32,000 bases of DNA from Longivirga aurantiaca (lineage in GTDB: Bacteria > Actinomycetota > Actinomycetes > S36-B12 > CAIYMF01): NCBI RefSeq assembly GCF_042660085.1, contig NZ_JBHSTI010000008.1, positions 390,001 through 422,000 on the forward strand. The letters run 5' to 3'. Below are positions 18,680 through 26,061 of the stretch, one piece after another (position 1 is the first letter of the stretch; every line of letters starts with the position of its first letter). A program made the translations under genes and the position numbers. Below the pieces are notes generated by a model. It saw only the letters and a list, made by a program, of their open reading frames with translations, was not told the origin of the DNA and searched no databases.

Positions 18680-20119
18680 ATGGAGTTCTACGGCCACATC
18701 ATCGACGGCGTCGAGGTCGAGTCGCTCGACGGCGCCCGCATGGACAGCATCGACCCGTACACCCGCGAGCCGTGGGCGACCGTCGCGCTCGGCGGCCGCG
18801 CCGACGCCGCCCGCGCCGTCGCAGCCGCGCGGAAGGCCTTCGACGAGGGCCCGTGGCCGCGGATGGGCTATGAGAAGCGCCAGACGCTGATGCACCGCCT
18901 GGCCGACCTCATGCTCGAGAACGCCGAGGCGCTCGCCCTCGCCGACACCCGCGACATGGGCAAGCCCATCGCCCAGGCCCGCCACGACGTCGCGCGCTCG
19001 GCCTGGAACTTCCGGTTCTTCGCCGACCACGCCCGCCTCACCGCCGGCGAGAACTACCCGATGGACAGCGGCCACCACGCCTACAGCCGCTTCGGTCCGG
19101 CCGGCGTCGTCTCGGCCATCGCGCCGTGGAACTTCCCGCTGATGCTCGAGACGTGGAAGGTCGCGCCCGCCCTCGCGTGGGGCAACACCGTCGTCCTCAA
19201 GCCGGCCGAGGACACCCCGGTGTCGGCCGTCATCCTCGGCCGTCTCGCGATCGAGGCGGGCTTCCCGCCGGGCGTGCTCAACGTCGTGCAGGGCTATGGC
19301 CCCGACTCCGCGGGTGCCGAGCTCACCGAGAACGTCGACGTCGACCGCATCACCTTCACCGGCGAGTCCGGAACCGGTCGCATCATCGGCGGCGTCGCCG
19401 CGAAGCGCCTCTGCCCGGTGAGCCTCGAGCTGGGCGGCAAGGGCGCCAACATCGTGTTCGCCGACGCCGACCTCGACAACGCGGTCGACTGGTCGGTCCA
19501 GGCGATCTTCCGCAACGCCGGCCAGGTGTGCCTCGCCGGCAGCCGGCTCTACGTGCAGCGCGAGGTGTACGACGAGTTCCTCGAGCGCTTCGTCGCCGCC
19601 GCCGAGGCCATGCAGATCGGAGATCCCCAGGACGACGCGACGCAGTTCGGCCCCCTGGCGAGCGAGGAGCACTGGACGAAGGTCAGCGGCTACCTCGGCG
19701 GCATCGAGGCGGACGGCGGCAAGGTGCTGACCGGTGGCCACGGCGAGGGCTGGTTCGTGCGCCCGACGATCGTGGTCGATGCGCCTGCCGACGCGCGGGT
19801 CTGCACCGAGGAGATCTTCGGCCCGGTCGTCGTCGTGCACCCGTTCGACACCGAGGCCGAGGCGGTCCGTCTCGCGAACGACACCCGGTACGGCCTGAAC
19901 GCCATGCTCTTCACCGAGAACCTGAGCCGCGCGCACCGCGTCTCCGAGGCGCTCAAGGCCGGCACCGTGTGGGTGAACTGCTTCTTCATCCGCGACCTGC
20001 GCGCGCCGTTCGGCGGTGTCGGCGACTCCGGGGTCGGCCGCGAGGGCGGTGCCTTCAGCCGTGAGTTCTTCACCGAGCCGAAGGCCGTGGTCATGCAGAT
20101 CTCGCCCGACCGCGGGTAG
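18680..20119 (+). CDS. NAD(P)-dependent aldehyde dehydrogenase
   Basis: 479-aa ORF; APWNFPLMLETWKVAPALAWGNTVVLKPAE, FTGESGTG, LELGGKGANIVF, NAGQVCLAGSR. Confidence 0.95.
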   Translation: MEFYGHIIDGVEVESLDGARMDSIDPYTREPWATVALGGRADAARAVAAARKAFDEGPWPRMGYEKRQTLMHRLADLMLENAEALALADTRDMGKPIAQARHDVARSAWNFRFFADHARLTAGENYPMDSGHHAYSRFGPAGVVSAIAPWNFPLMLETWKVAPALAWGNTVVLKPAEDTPVSAVILGRLAIEAGFPPGVLNVVQGYGPDSAGAELTENVDVDRITFTGESGTGRIIGGVAAKRLCPVSLELGGKGANIVFADADLDNAVDWSVQAIFRNAGQVCLAGSRLYVQREVYDEFLERFVAAAEAMQIGDPQDDATQFGPLASEEHWTKVSGYLGGIEADGGKVLTGGHGEGWFVRPTIVVDAPADARVCTEEIFGPVVVVHPFDTEAEAVRLANDTRYGLNAMLFTENLSRAHRVSEALKAGTVWVNCFFIRDLRAPFGGVGDSGVGREGGAFSREFFTEPKAVVMQISPDRG

Positions 20120-20143
20120 CCGCCAGCACCTGTCCGGGCATGG

Positions 20144-20178
20144 CAGAGGGCGCGCAGCCGTCGGCTGCGCGCCCTCTG
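20144..20178. terminator. Bidirectional terminator hairpin between convergent genes
   Basis: Perfect 17-bp arms CAGAGGGCGCGCAGCCG-T-CGGCTGCGCGCCCTCTG. Confidence 0.85.
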
Positions 20179-20198
20179 GCGCCGAGGTCCCGTTCGGT

Positions 20199-20594
20199 CT
20201 ACGAGGCGCTCTGCAGCGCCGGGCTGTTCTCGGCGAGCAGGCGCTCGATCCACTCGAGCAGGTTCAGGTGGTCGAACGGCTTGTTGAGGTAGAGGCTCGC
20301 GCCCGTCGTCCAGCCGGCCCATGTGGTGTCGTCGTCGCCGGCCGCCGTGAGCAGCACGACGGGCACGTCGCGCAGCAGGGCGTCGGAGCGGACCCGTACC
20401 AGCACGTCGATGCCGCTCATACCCGGCATCATGATGTCGAGCAGCACGAGATCGGGCCGCTGCGCGGCCATGGCCACGAGTGCGGATGGGCCGTCCTCGG
20501 CCTCTGCCACGTCGTAGTCCTCGAGCTCGAGGACGTCCCGGAGCAGGGATCGCACCGAGAACTCGTCGTCGACGATCAGGATCCTGCGCATCAT
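20199..20594 (-). CDS. Stand-alone receiver-domain response regulator (no DNA-binding output domain)
   Basis: MMRRILIVDDEFSVRSLLRDVLELEDYDVAEAEDG...LVLLDIMMPGMSG...LLTAAGDDD...YLNKPFD; ends shortly after the receiver fold (131 aa). Confidence 0.93.
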   Translation of the reverse strand: MMRRILIVDDEFSVRSLLRDVLELEDYDVAEAEDGPSALVAMAAQRPDLVLLDIMMPGMSGIDVLVRVRSDALLRDVPVVLLTAAGDDDTTWAGWTTGASLYLNKPFDHLNLLEWIERLLAENSPALQSAS

Positions 20595-20599
20595 GACTC

Positions 20600-22849
20600 C
20601 TAGGCGGTGCGGGCGAACGGGACGGACGGTGCGGACGCTGGTGCAGCCGCCATGGCCGTGGCTTCGGTGCGCGGCAGGCGGACGGTGAAGGTCGCGCCCT
20701 GGCCGGGCTGCGAGATGACGGTGAGGCTGCCGCCCATGGCGATGGCGAGCTCGCGGGCGATGTAGAGCCCGAGGCCGCTGCCGCTGGTGCGCATCGTCAT
20801 CGAGTCCTCGACGCGGTAGAACCGCTCGAAGACGCGCTCGACATCGCCGGCGACCAGGCCGCAGCCCTGGTCGGTCACGGTCACGACGGCGTGCGTGTCG
20901 CCGAACTCCGACTCCGGCACGCGGACGGTGATCGGCGTGCCCTCGGGCGAGTACTTCATCGCGTTGGAGAGCAGGTTCGACAGGATCTGCACCGAGCGCA
21001 CGGAGTCGCACCAGACCGGCACGGCGGTCTCGGGCTGCTCGACCACGAGCCGGCTCGCAATCGCCGGGAACGACTGTGTCGCGGCGGACACGATCGTGCG
21101 GAGGTCGTGGCCCTGCGGCGCGGTGGCGAGCTTGGAGCCGAGGGTGCCCGAGGCGCGCGAGGCCATGAGCAGGTCCTCGACGAGCCGGCCGAGGTGGTCG
21201 GCGCGGTCGGCGATGAGCTCGTACGCCGAACGCCGCTTCTCCGGGGTCATCGCGTCTCCGCGCGCGAGGAGGAGCTGCGCGTATCCCTTGATGGGCGTGA
21301 TCGGCGTACGCAGCTCGTGCGAGATCGTCGCGACGAAGTCGCTCTTGAGCCGGTCCGCGCGGGCCTGCGACGTGACGTCGTGGACGGTCAGGATCGCGAC
21401 CGGCTCGCCGTCCGCGTTGGCGCGGGCACGGACCACGGCGACGGCGATGTCGCGGGTCTCGCCGTCCGGGCGGGTGATGGTGAACGGCCTCGGCTCGGCT
21501 TCGGCCTGGCCCTGGCCCATCACGATGCCGTCGACGACGGCGGTCGCGATCACGGACGTGAGAGCGGTGGGGGCGTCGGCCATCGGGCCCATGGCGACGG
21601 ACTCGGTGACGCCGGTGATGCGCGCGAGGGCCGGGCTCCACAGCCGGACGCGACCGGTGCCGGTCAGCACGGCGATGCCGTCGGAGGCGTTCTCGACGAC
21701 GGCCTTGAGCTTGCTCGTCTCCTCGACGAGGGCGGCGTGACGCTCGGCGCTGCGGACGGCGCTGCAGAGGGAGGCGGCGACGGTGGTGAGCACGGCCTCG
21801 TCGGTCGCCTTGAGCGCCCACGGGTGCTTGGCGCCCGGCGTGTCGCCGAGGAGCAGGGCGCCGCGACGGCCGTCGCCGAGCTCGAGGCCGACCGACACGG
21901 CCGAGCCCCAGCCGTCGGGGAGGCGGGAGACCGGCACCGGCACGACGCCCTCGGATGCCGGGAAGGTGGAGGTGAGGTCGTCGTCGGCCGGCAGCAGCAC
22001 CTGCACCGCGCCGGCGCCGAACGCGGCGCGGATGGCGTCCGACGCGTCGGCGAGCAGCTCGGGCACCGGGCGCTCGGCGGTGAGGATGCCGGAGAGCGTG
22101 ACGAGCCAGCGGTTGCGCTCGCGCTCCTCCGCGCGCTGCGAGGTGGAGCGGTACGCGTACCAGAGGGCCATGGCCGGGAGCAGGGTGAACGGCAGGAGCC
22201 AGACCGACACGGGGACGATCGCGACGGCGACCGCACCCACGCCGATCGATCCGATGGTCATGAGGACCGACAGGCCCCAGACGTCGGCCGTGAAGGCGCG
22301 GAAGCTGATCCCCTCGGCGGCCTTGAGCACGGTGGCCAGGAGGAGGGTGTTGACGATCGTGAAGACCGTCATGGCCACGACGAGTGCGACGACGCCGCGG
22401 AACGAGAAGCGGTCGGCGCCGCCGGTGATGGCGAGGTAGGTGGTGACGGCCGCCACGGTCGAGGTCGCGTACGAGCCGAGGTTGAAGGCGACCTTCTTCG
22501 CCGGGATGCGCAGGGCAAGCTGCACGAGCGCGAGGCCGACGAGCGGTGCCACGACCGCCCACGCCGGGTCCAGCACGAGGATGCCGGCGACCGTGACGAT
22601 CTCGAAGAACGTCAGATCCTCCTTGCCGCCCCCGTGCATCAGCGGCACCGAGACGATCTCGGACACGGCCGCGGCGAGGGCGAACGCCATGATCGCGAGC
22701 GGGGCGTGCACGTCCGAGAACCCGGTCGGCTCTGCGAGCGCCGGGATGACGAGGGCGGCGAGCCCGAGGCTCACCGCTCCCGCGATGCACACGGCGCCCA
22801 CGACCGCAGGCACGTCGAGCCTGCGGCCGAGGGCGGTCGTGTTCGACAT
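20600..22849 (-). CDS. Membrane-bound hybrid-sensor-input histidine kinase (multi-TM, GAF-like, PAS, HisKA, HATPase)
   Basis: MSNTTALGRRLDVPAVVG multi-TM N-terminus; PAS-like LKAVVENASDGIAVLTGTGRVRLWSPALARITG; HisKA FVATISHELRTPITPIKGYAQLL; N box LLSNAMKYSPEG; GSGLGLYIARELA. ATG at 22849 follows the S8 stop by 1 nt. Confidence 0.94.
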   Translation of the reverse strand: MSNTTALGRRLDVPAVVGAVCIAGAVSLGLAALVIPALAEPTGFSDVHAPLAIMAFALAAAVSEIVSVPLMHGGGKEDLTFFEIVTVAGILVLDPAWAVVAPLVGLALVQLALRIPAKKVAFNLGSYATSTVAAVTTYLAITGGADRFSFRGVVALVVAMTVFTIVNTLLLATVLKAAEGISFRAFTADVWGLSVLMTIGSIGVGAVAVAIVPVSVWLLPFTLLPAMALWYAYRSTSQRAEERERNRWLVTLSGILTAERPVPELLADASDAIRAAFGAGAVQVLLPADDDLTSTFPASEGVVPVPVSRLPDGWGSAVSVGLELGDGRRGALLLGDTPGAKHPWALKATDEAVLTTVAASLCSAVRSAERHAALVEETSKLKAVVENASDGIAVLTGTGRVRLWSPALARITGVTESVAMGPMADAPTALTSVIATAVVDGIVMGQGQAEAEPRPFTITRPDGETRDIAVAVVRARANADGEPVAILTVHDVTSQARADRLKSDFVATISHELRTPITPIKGYAQLLLARGDAMTPEKRRSAYELIADRADHLGRLVEDLLMASRASGTLGSKLATAPQGHDLRTIVSAATQSFPAIASRLVVEQPETAVPVWCDSVRSVQILSNLLSNAMKYSPEGTPITVRVPESEFGDTHAVVTVTDQGCGLVAGDVERVFERFYRVEDSMTMRTSGSGLGLYIARELAIAMGGSLTVISQPGQGATFTVRLPRTEATAMAAAPASAPSVPFARTA

Positions 22850-22850
22850 G

Positions 22851-24866
22851 TCAGACGTCCCACGCGTCCACGGACCAGCGGTGCGCGGACCAGCCGTCCA
22901 CCGACCAGCGGTGCGCGGACCAGCGGTGCGCCGACCAGGCGTAGTCGCTCCAGCGGTGCGCCGACCAGCGGTGCGCCGACCAGGCCTGCTCGTTCCACGC
23001 ATCGGAGGCCCAGTCGTTCGAGCTCCAGCGGTGGGCGACCCAGGCGAACGCCAGCCAGTCCTCGGTGGACCAGCGGTGCGCGTCCCAGGCCTCGGTGGAC
23101 CAGCGGTGCGCGTCCCAGGCCTCGCTCGACCAGCGGTGCGCGCTCCAGTCCGAGCCGGACCAGCGGTGCGCTGCCCAGTCGGCGAAGGACCAGCGGTGCG
23201 CTGCCCAGTCGTCGGAGGACCAGCGGTGGGCGACGAACGCGTCGGTGGCCCAGTCGCGGGACTTCCACGACTCGGTCGACCAGCGGTGCGCCAGCGCCTC
23301 GATCGCCGCGAACTCCTCCTCGTCGGCGCCGGCGTTGGCCGACACGAGCGAGAGGGAGAACGCGGTGGCTGCCCAGCGGCGGGTCTGCTCGGAGAGCGTC
23401 GCCCAGATCGCTGCCACTGCCTCGAGGTCGCCTGCGGCCCAGGCGTCGGAGAACTGCTGCCAGGCGGCGGCGTCGTCCGGGCTGGGCCCGTACGAGTCGT
23501 CGGCCAGCCTCGCGATCGAGCCCTTGACCGTGACGATCCTGGCCGTGGGCGCGGCGGCGAGTGCAGCAGCCAGGTCGAGGGCGCCGTCACCGGCACCGTC
23601 GGCCTTCCTCAGGTTCTTCGGGTCGTACGCGGTCTTCGTGAGCAGCTTCTTCACGGTGTCCGGGGTGAGCGCGGAGCGCGTCCCGATGAGCACTGCCGCC
23701 GCGCCGGCCGTGATGGCCTCGCTCATCGACGTGCCGCTACCGGTGAAGTAGCCGTCCCCGACGCGCGAGGCGGGGTTCTCGACGTCGGCCGTGCTGCCCG
23801 CGGCGCGGGTGGACACGAGCGAGACGCCGGGAGCGACGAGGTCGGGCTTGCTGGCCCCGAACTCGGTCCCGCGTGCGGAGAAGGTGGCGACGGTGTCGTT
23901 ACCGCGTGCCGAGGTGCCGTGCTCGTCGAGAGCGCCCACGGTGATGAGCGTGGGGTCGGCGCCGGGGCTGGTGACGGTTCCGTCGGCCGGGCCGTCGTTC
24001 CCTGCGGAGACGACGACCGTGAGGCCCTTGGCCCACAGCCGGTCGAGGGCCCGCGAGAGCGGGTCGGCCGACGGCGGCAGCGGGTCGCCGGTCGAGAGCG
24101 CGAGGCTCACGACGCGGACGGACGGGTCGGCCTTCGCGGCGTCGGCCACGGCCTGCAGGCCCGCGAGCACGCGGGAGAGCGAGGTCGAGCCGTCCGAGGT
24201 GGCGACCTGGACGTCGAGGATGCGGGCGCTGGGCGCGACGCCGGTGTAGGTGCCGCCCGAGGACGACCCGTCACCTGCGACCAGACCAGCCATGAACGTG
24301 CCGTGGCCCAGGCCGTCGCCAGCAGCTCCGCCGCTGACGTTGACGTGGGTGAGGCGCCCCGCGAGGTCGGCGACATCGGCGACGCCGGTGTCCACGACCG
24401 CGACGGTCACGCCGGAGCCGGTCGCCGTGCTGGGTGCGCCGATCGTGGCGCGATGGGTCGCGCCCCTCACGTCGCTCGCAGCCGTGGCGGTCGGTGCACC
24501 GGTCGTCTGCATCGGGACGTCGGCGACACGCACGGCCCCGTCCGGCGGGGTGACCCCGGCGGGCAGGGAGACGAGCAGCGCGTCGGCGACGTCGTAGACC
24601 GCGAGGACCTCGCCACCACGAGAGGTGACCCAGGCCGCTGCGGCATCGGGGGAGAGCGCCGATCCCTGCACGGAGAGCAGGGTGGGGGCGCCCGTGGCGG
24701 TCACCGCACTGGTTGCGGGAGCGCCGAGGGCGAAGGTCATCGCAGATGCTGCGAGGACTGCGCCGAGAGCGAGGCCGGAACGCTGTCCGACCCGGCCACG
24801 CATGAGCCGAGCTGCGGTGGTGCCACCGGCGGTGCCGGTGATCGTCACCCGCGACGTGCTGGCCAT
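22851..24866 (-). CDS. Exported subtilisin-like S8 serine peptidase-family protein with C-terminal Trp-pentad (AHRWS) repeat array
   Basis: Signal peptide-like RSGLALGAVLAASAMTFALGAPATSA; Asp region VTVAVVDTGV, His region GLGHGTFMAGLVAG, Asn region VVVSAGNDG, Ser region GSGTSMSEAITAG; start at 24866 preceded by AGGAGG. Confidence 0.93.
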   Translation of the reverse strand: MASTSRVTITGTAGGTTAARLMRGRVGQRSGLALGAVLAASAMTFALGAPATSAVTATGAPTLLSVQGSALSPDAAAAWVTSRGGEVLAVYDVADALLVSLPAGVTPPDGAVRVADVPMQTTGAPTATAASDVRGATHRATIGAPSTATGSGVTVAVVDTGVADVADLAGRLTHVNVSGGAAGDGLGHGTFMAGLVAGDGSSSGGTYTGVAPSARILDVQVATSDGSTSLSRVLAGLQAVADAAKADPSVRVVSLALSTGDPLPPSADPLSRALDRLWAKGLTVVVSAGNDGPADGTVTSPGADPTLITVGALDEHGTSARGNDTVATFSARGTEFGASKPDLVAPGVSLVSTRAAGSTADVENPASRVGDGYFTGSGTSMSEAITAGAAAVLIGTRSALTPDTVKKLLTKTAYDPKNLRKADGAGDGALDLAAALAAAPTARIVTVKGSIARLADDSYGPSPDDAAAWQQFSDAWAAGDLEAVAAIWATLSEQTRRWAATAFSLSLVSANAGADEEEFAAIEALAHRWSTESWKSRDWATDAFVAHRWSSDDWAAHRWSFADWAAHRWSGSDWSAHRWSSEAWDAHRWSTEAWDAHRWSTEDWLAFAWVAHRWSSNDWASDAWNEQAWSAHRWSAHRWSDYAWSAHRWSAHRWSVDGWSAHRWSVDAWDV
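22854..23282 (-). repeat. Coding tandem repeat: 28 pentads of W(F)xxxx plus terminal WDV
   Basis: Translated directly: WSTES WKSRD WATDA FVAHR WSSDD WAAHR WSFAD WAAHR WSGSD WSAHR WSSEA WDAHR WSTEA WDAHR WSTED WLAFA WVAHR WSSND WASDA WNEQA WSAHR WSAHR WSDYA WSAHR WSAHR WSVDG WSAHR WSVDA WDV. Confidence 0.98.
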
Positions 24867-24896
24867 GTCGGCCTCCTGACAGAGGAACCCAGGGAT

Positions 24897-24924
24897 GTAT
24901 CGGCACACCGGCAGCCGACATTCA
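24897..24924 (-). promoter_or_regulatory. Candidate FliA/WhiG-type promoter for the S8-histidine kinase-receiver cluster
   Basis: Minus strand TGAA (24924-24921), N16, GCCGATAC (24904-24897), 30 nt from the ATG. Confidence 0.4.
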
Positions 24925-25117
24925 TACGCCGTTGGGGTGACTGGCGGCCGCTCACCGATTCGTGCTCAGGGGCCCGTTGAAGAAGGTCATCGAACGCGGG
25001 GGCATGCGGTGCGCACCGCCTTCCGGGTGAGAAGCGGTCGCCCGCGGGCACGTTCGGTGAGGCTGCCCTGGGTGCGCCCGCAGGCATCTGGCGCACCGCG
25101 CACGGTTGGATGGGCGC

Positions 25118-25468
25118 ATGCCCGACGAGCTGCCCCCGTGCCCCGAGTGCTCCAGCGCGTACACCTACGCGATGGGGGCGCTGCTCGTATGCCCCGAGTG
25201 CGCGCACGAGTGGTCGCCGTCCGGCGGATCCGAGGACGGCGGCGGCCGGGTGATCCGGGACGCCGTCGGCAACGTGCTCGCCGACGGTGACGACGTCACG
25301 ATCGTGAAGGACCTCAAGGTCAAGGGTGCCGGCGGCGGATCGATCAAGGTCGGCACCAAGGTGCGCGGCATCCGTCTGATCGACGGCGTCGGCGACCACG
25401 ACATCGACGCGAAGGTCGACGGCTTCGGCCCCATGCAGCTGAAGTCGAGCGTCGTGAAGAAGGTCTGA
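25118..25468 (+). CDS. yjdM: PhnA-like/YjdM zinc-ribbon alkylphosphonate utilisation-family protein
   Basis: MPDELPPCPECSSAYTYAMGALLVCPECAHEWSP ... VIRDAVGNVLADGDDVTIVKDLKVKGAGGGSIKVGTKVRGIRLIDG. Confidence 0.93.
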   Translation: MPDELPPCPECSSAYTYAMGALLVCPECAHEWSPSGGSEDGGGRVIRDAVGNVLADGDDVTIVKDLKVKGAGGGSIKVGTKVRGIRLIDGVGDHDIDAKVDGFGPMQLKSSVVKKV

Positions 25469-25632
25469 TCGGCCGCTGCCCGCACGCGATCGCTCTCCGG
25501 GGCCACGGCCGCGCACTGCGACGTGACGTGGGGCGTCCCGCCTTCACGGGCCGCCCAGCTGTTCCCGGCCTTGGGTGGAGGAAGACGTGCGCTGCGGCGT
25601 CGCTCGCCCGTCCTCGGATCGAGGTGGTGGCC

Positions 25633-25940
25633 ATGAGCCACACGACGCGAACCGCTGGGCCCCGGCGTGAACAGGTACAGCTCGCCGTAGGCGCCGTGCT
25701 CCTCGGCGCCGGCGTCGTCCTCCTCCTGCTCGGTCGCACGACCGCGGCGGACGTGCTCCTCCTGCTCGCGACGGCGCAGGGCTTCGTGCTCTCGCTGGTC
25801 GCGACCGTCCGCGCCGTACGGCACCGCCAGCTGAGCGTCGACGTCATCGCGCTGCTCGCTCTCGTCGGGGCCCTGGCCGTGGGCGAGCACCTCGCAGCAG
25901 CCGTCGTCGCGCTCATGCTCGCCACCGGGCAGCTGCTCTG
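25633..25940 (+). pseudogene. 5' remnant of a heavy-metal P-type ATPase gene, truncated after the first transmembrane region
   Basis: LLLLATAQGFVLSLVATVRAVRHRQLSVDVIALLALVGALAVGEHLAAAVVALMLATGQLL resembles the N-terminal TM region of heavy-metal ATPases; no phosphorylation (DKTG) motif follows. Confidence 0.55.
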
Positions 25941-26004
25941 GCGATCCCCTGGCCGCCGGGTGAATGCGGGCGCCGTCACCCGCCGGCGGCCGGTCGGCGG
26001 ACAT

Positions 26005-26052
26005 ACGACGCGAGAGGCCGCCCGGCGGGTGCGCCGGACGGCCTCTCGTCGT
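26005..26052. terminator. Terminator hairpin downstream of trpB2
   Basis: GAGAGGCCGCCCGGCG/CGCCGGACGGCCTCTC (26012-26047) with one mismatch and 4-nt loop, plus outer ACGAC/GTCGT arms. Confidence 0.7.
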
Positions 26053-26061
26053 GGGGGGGGG

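Noticed and set aside
22854-23291. Repeat array considered as a CRISPR or non-coding satellite
   Set aside because: Units are 15/30 nt, in frame, and encode a strict amino-acid pattern; no spacers and no cas genes.
22850-23596. N-terminal 249-aa extension of the histidine kinase ORF
   Set aside because: Out-of-frame reading of the subtilase repeat DNA; the kinase is well explained by ATG 22849.
22440-24980. 846-aa plus-strand ORF across the subtilase gene
   Set aside because: Antisense to a gene with clear S8 motifs; low-complexity Ala/Arg/Gly composition is expected from GC-rich third-position bias.
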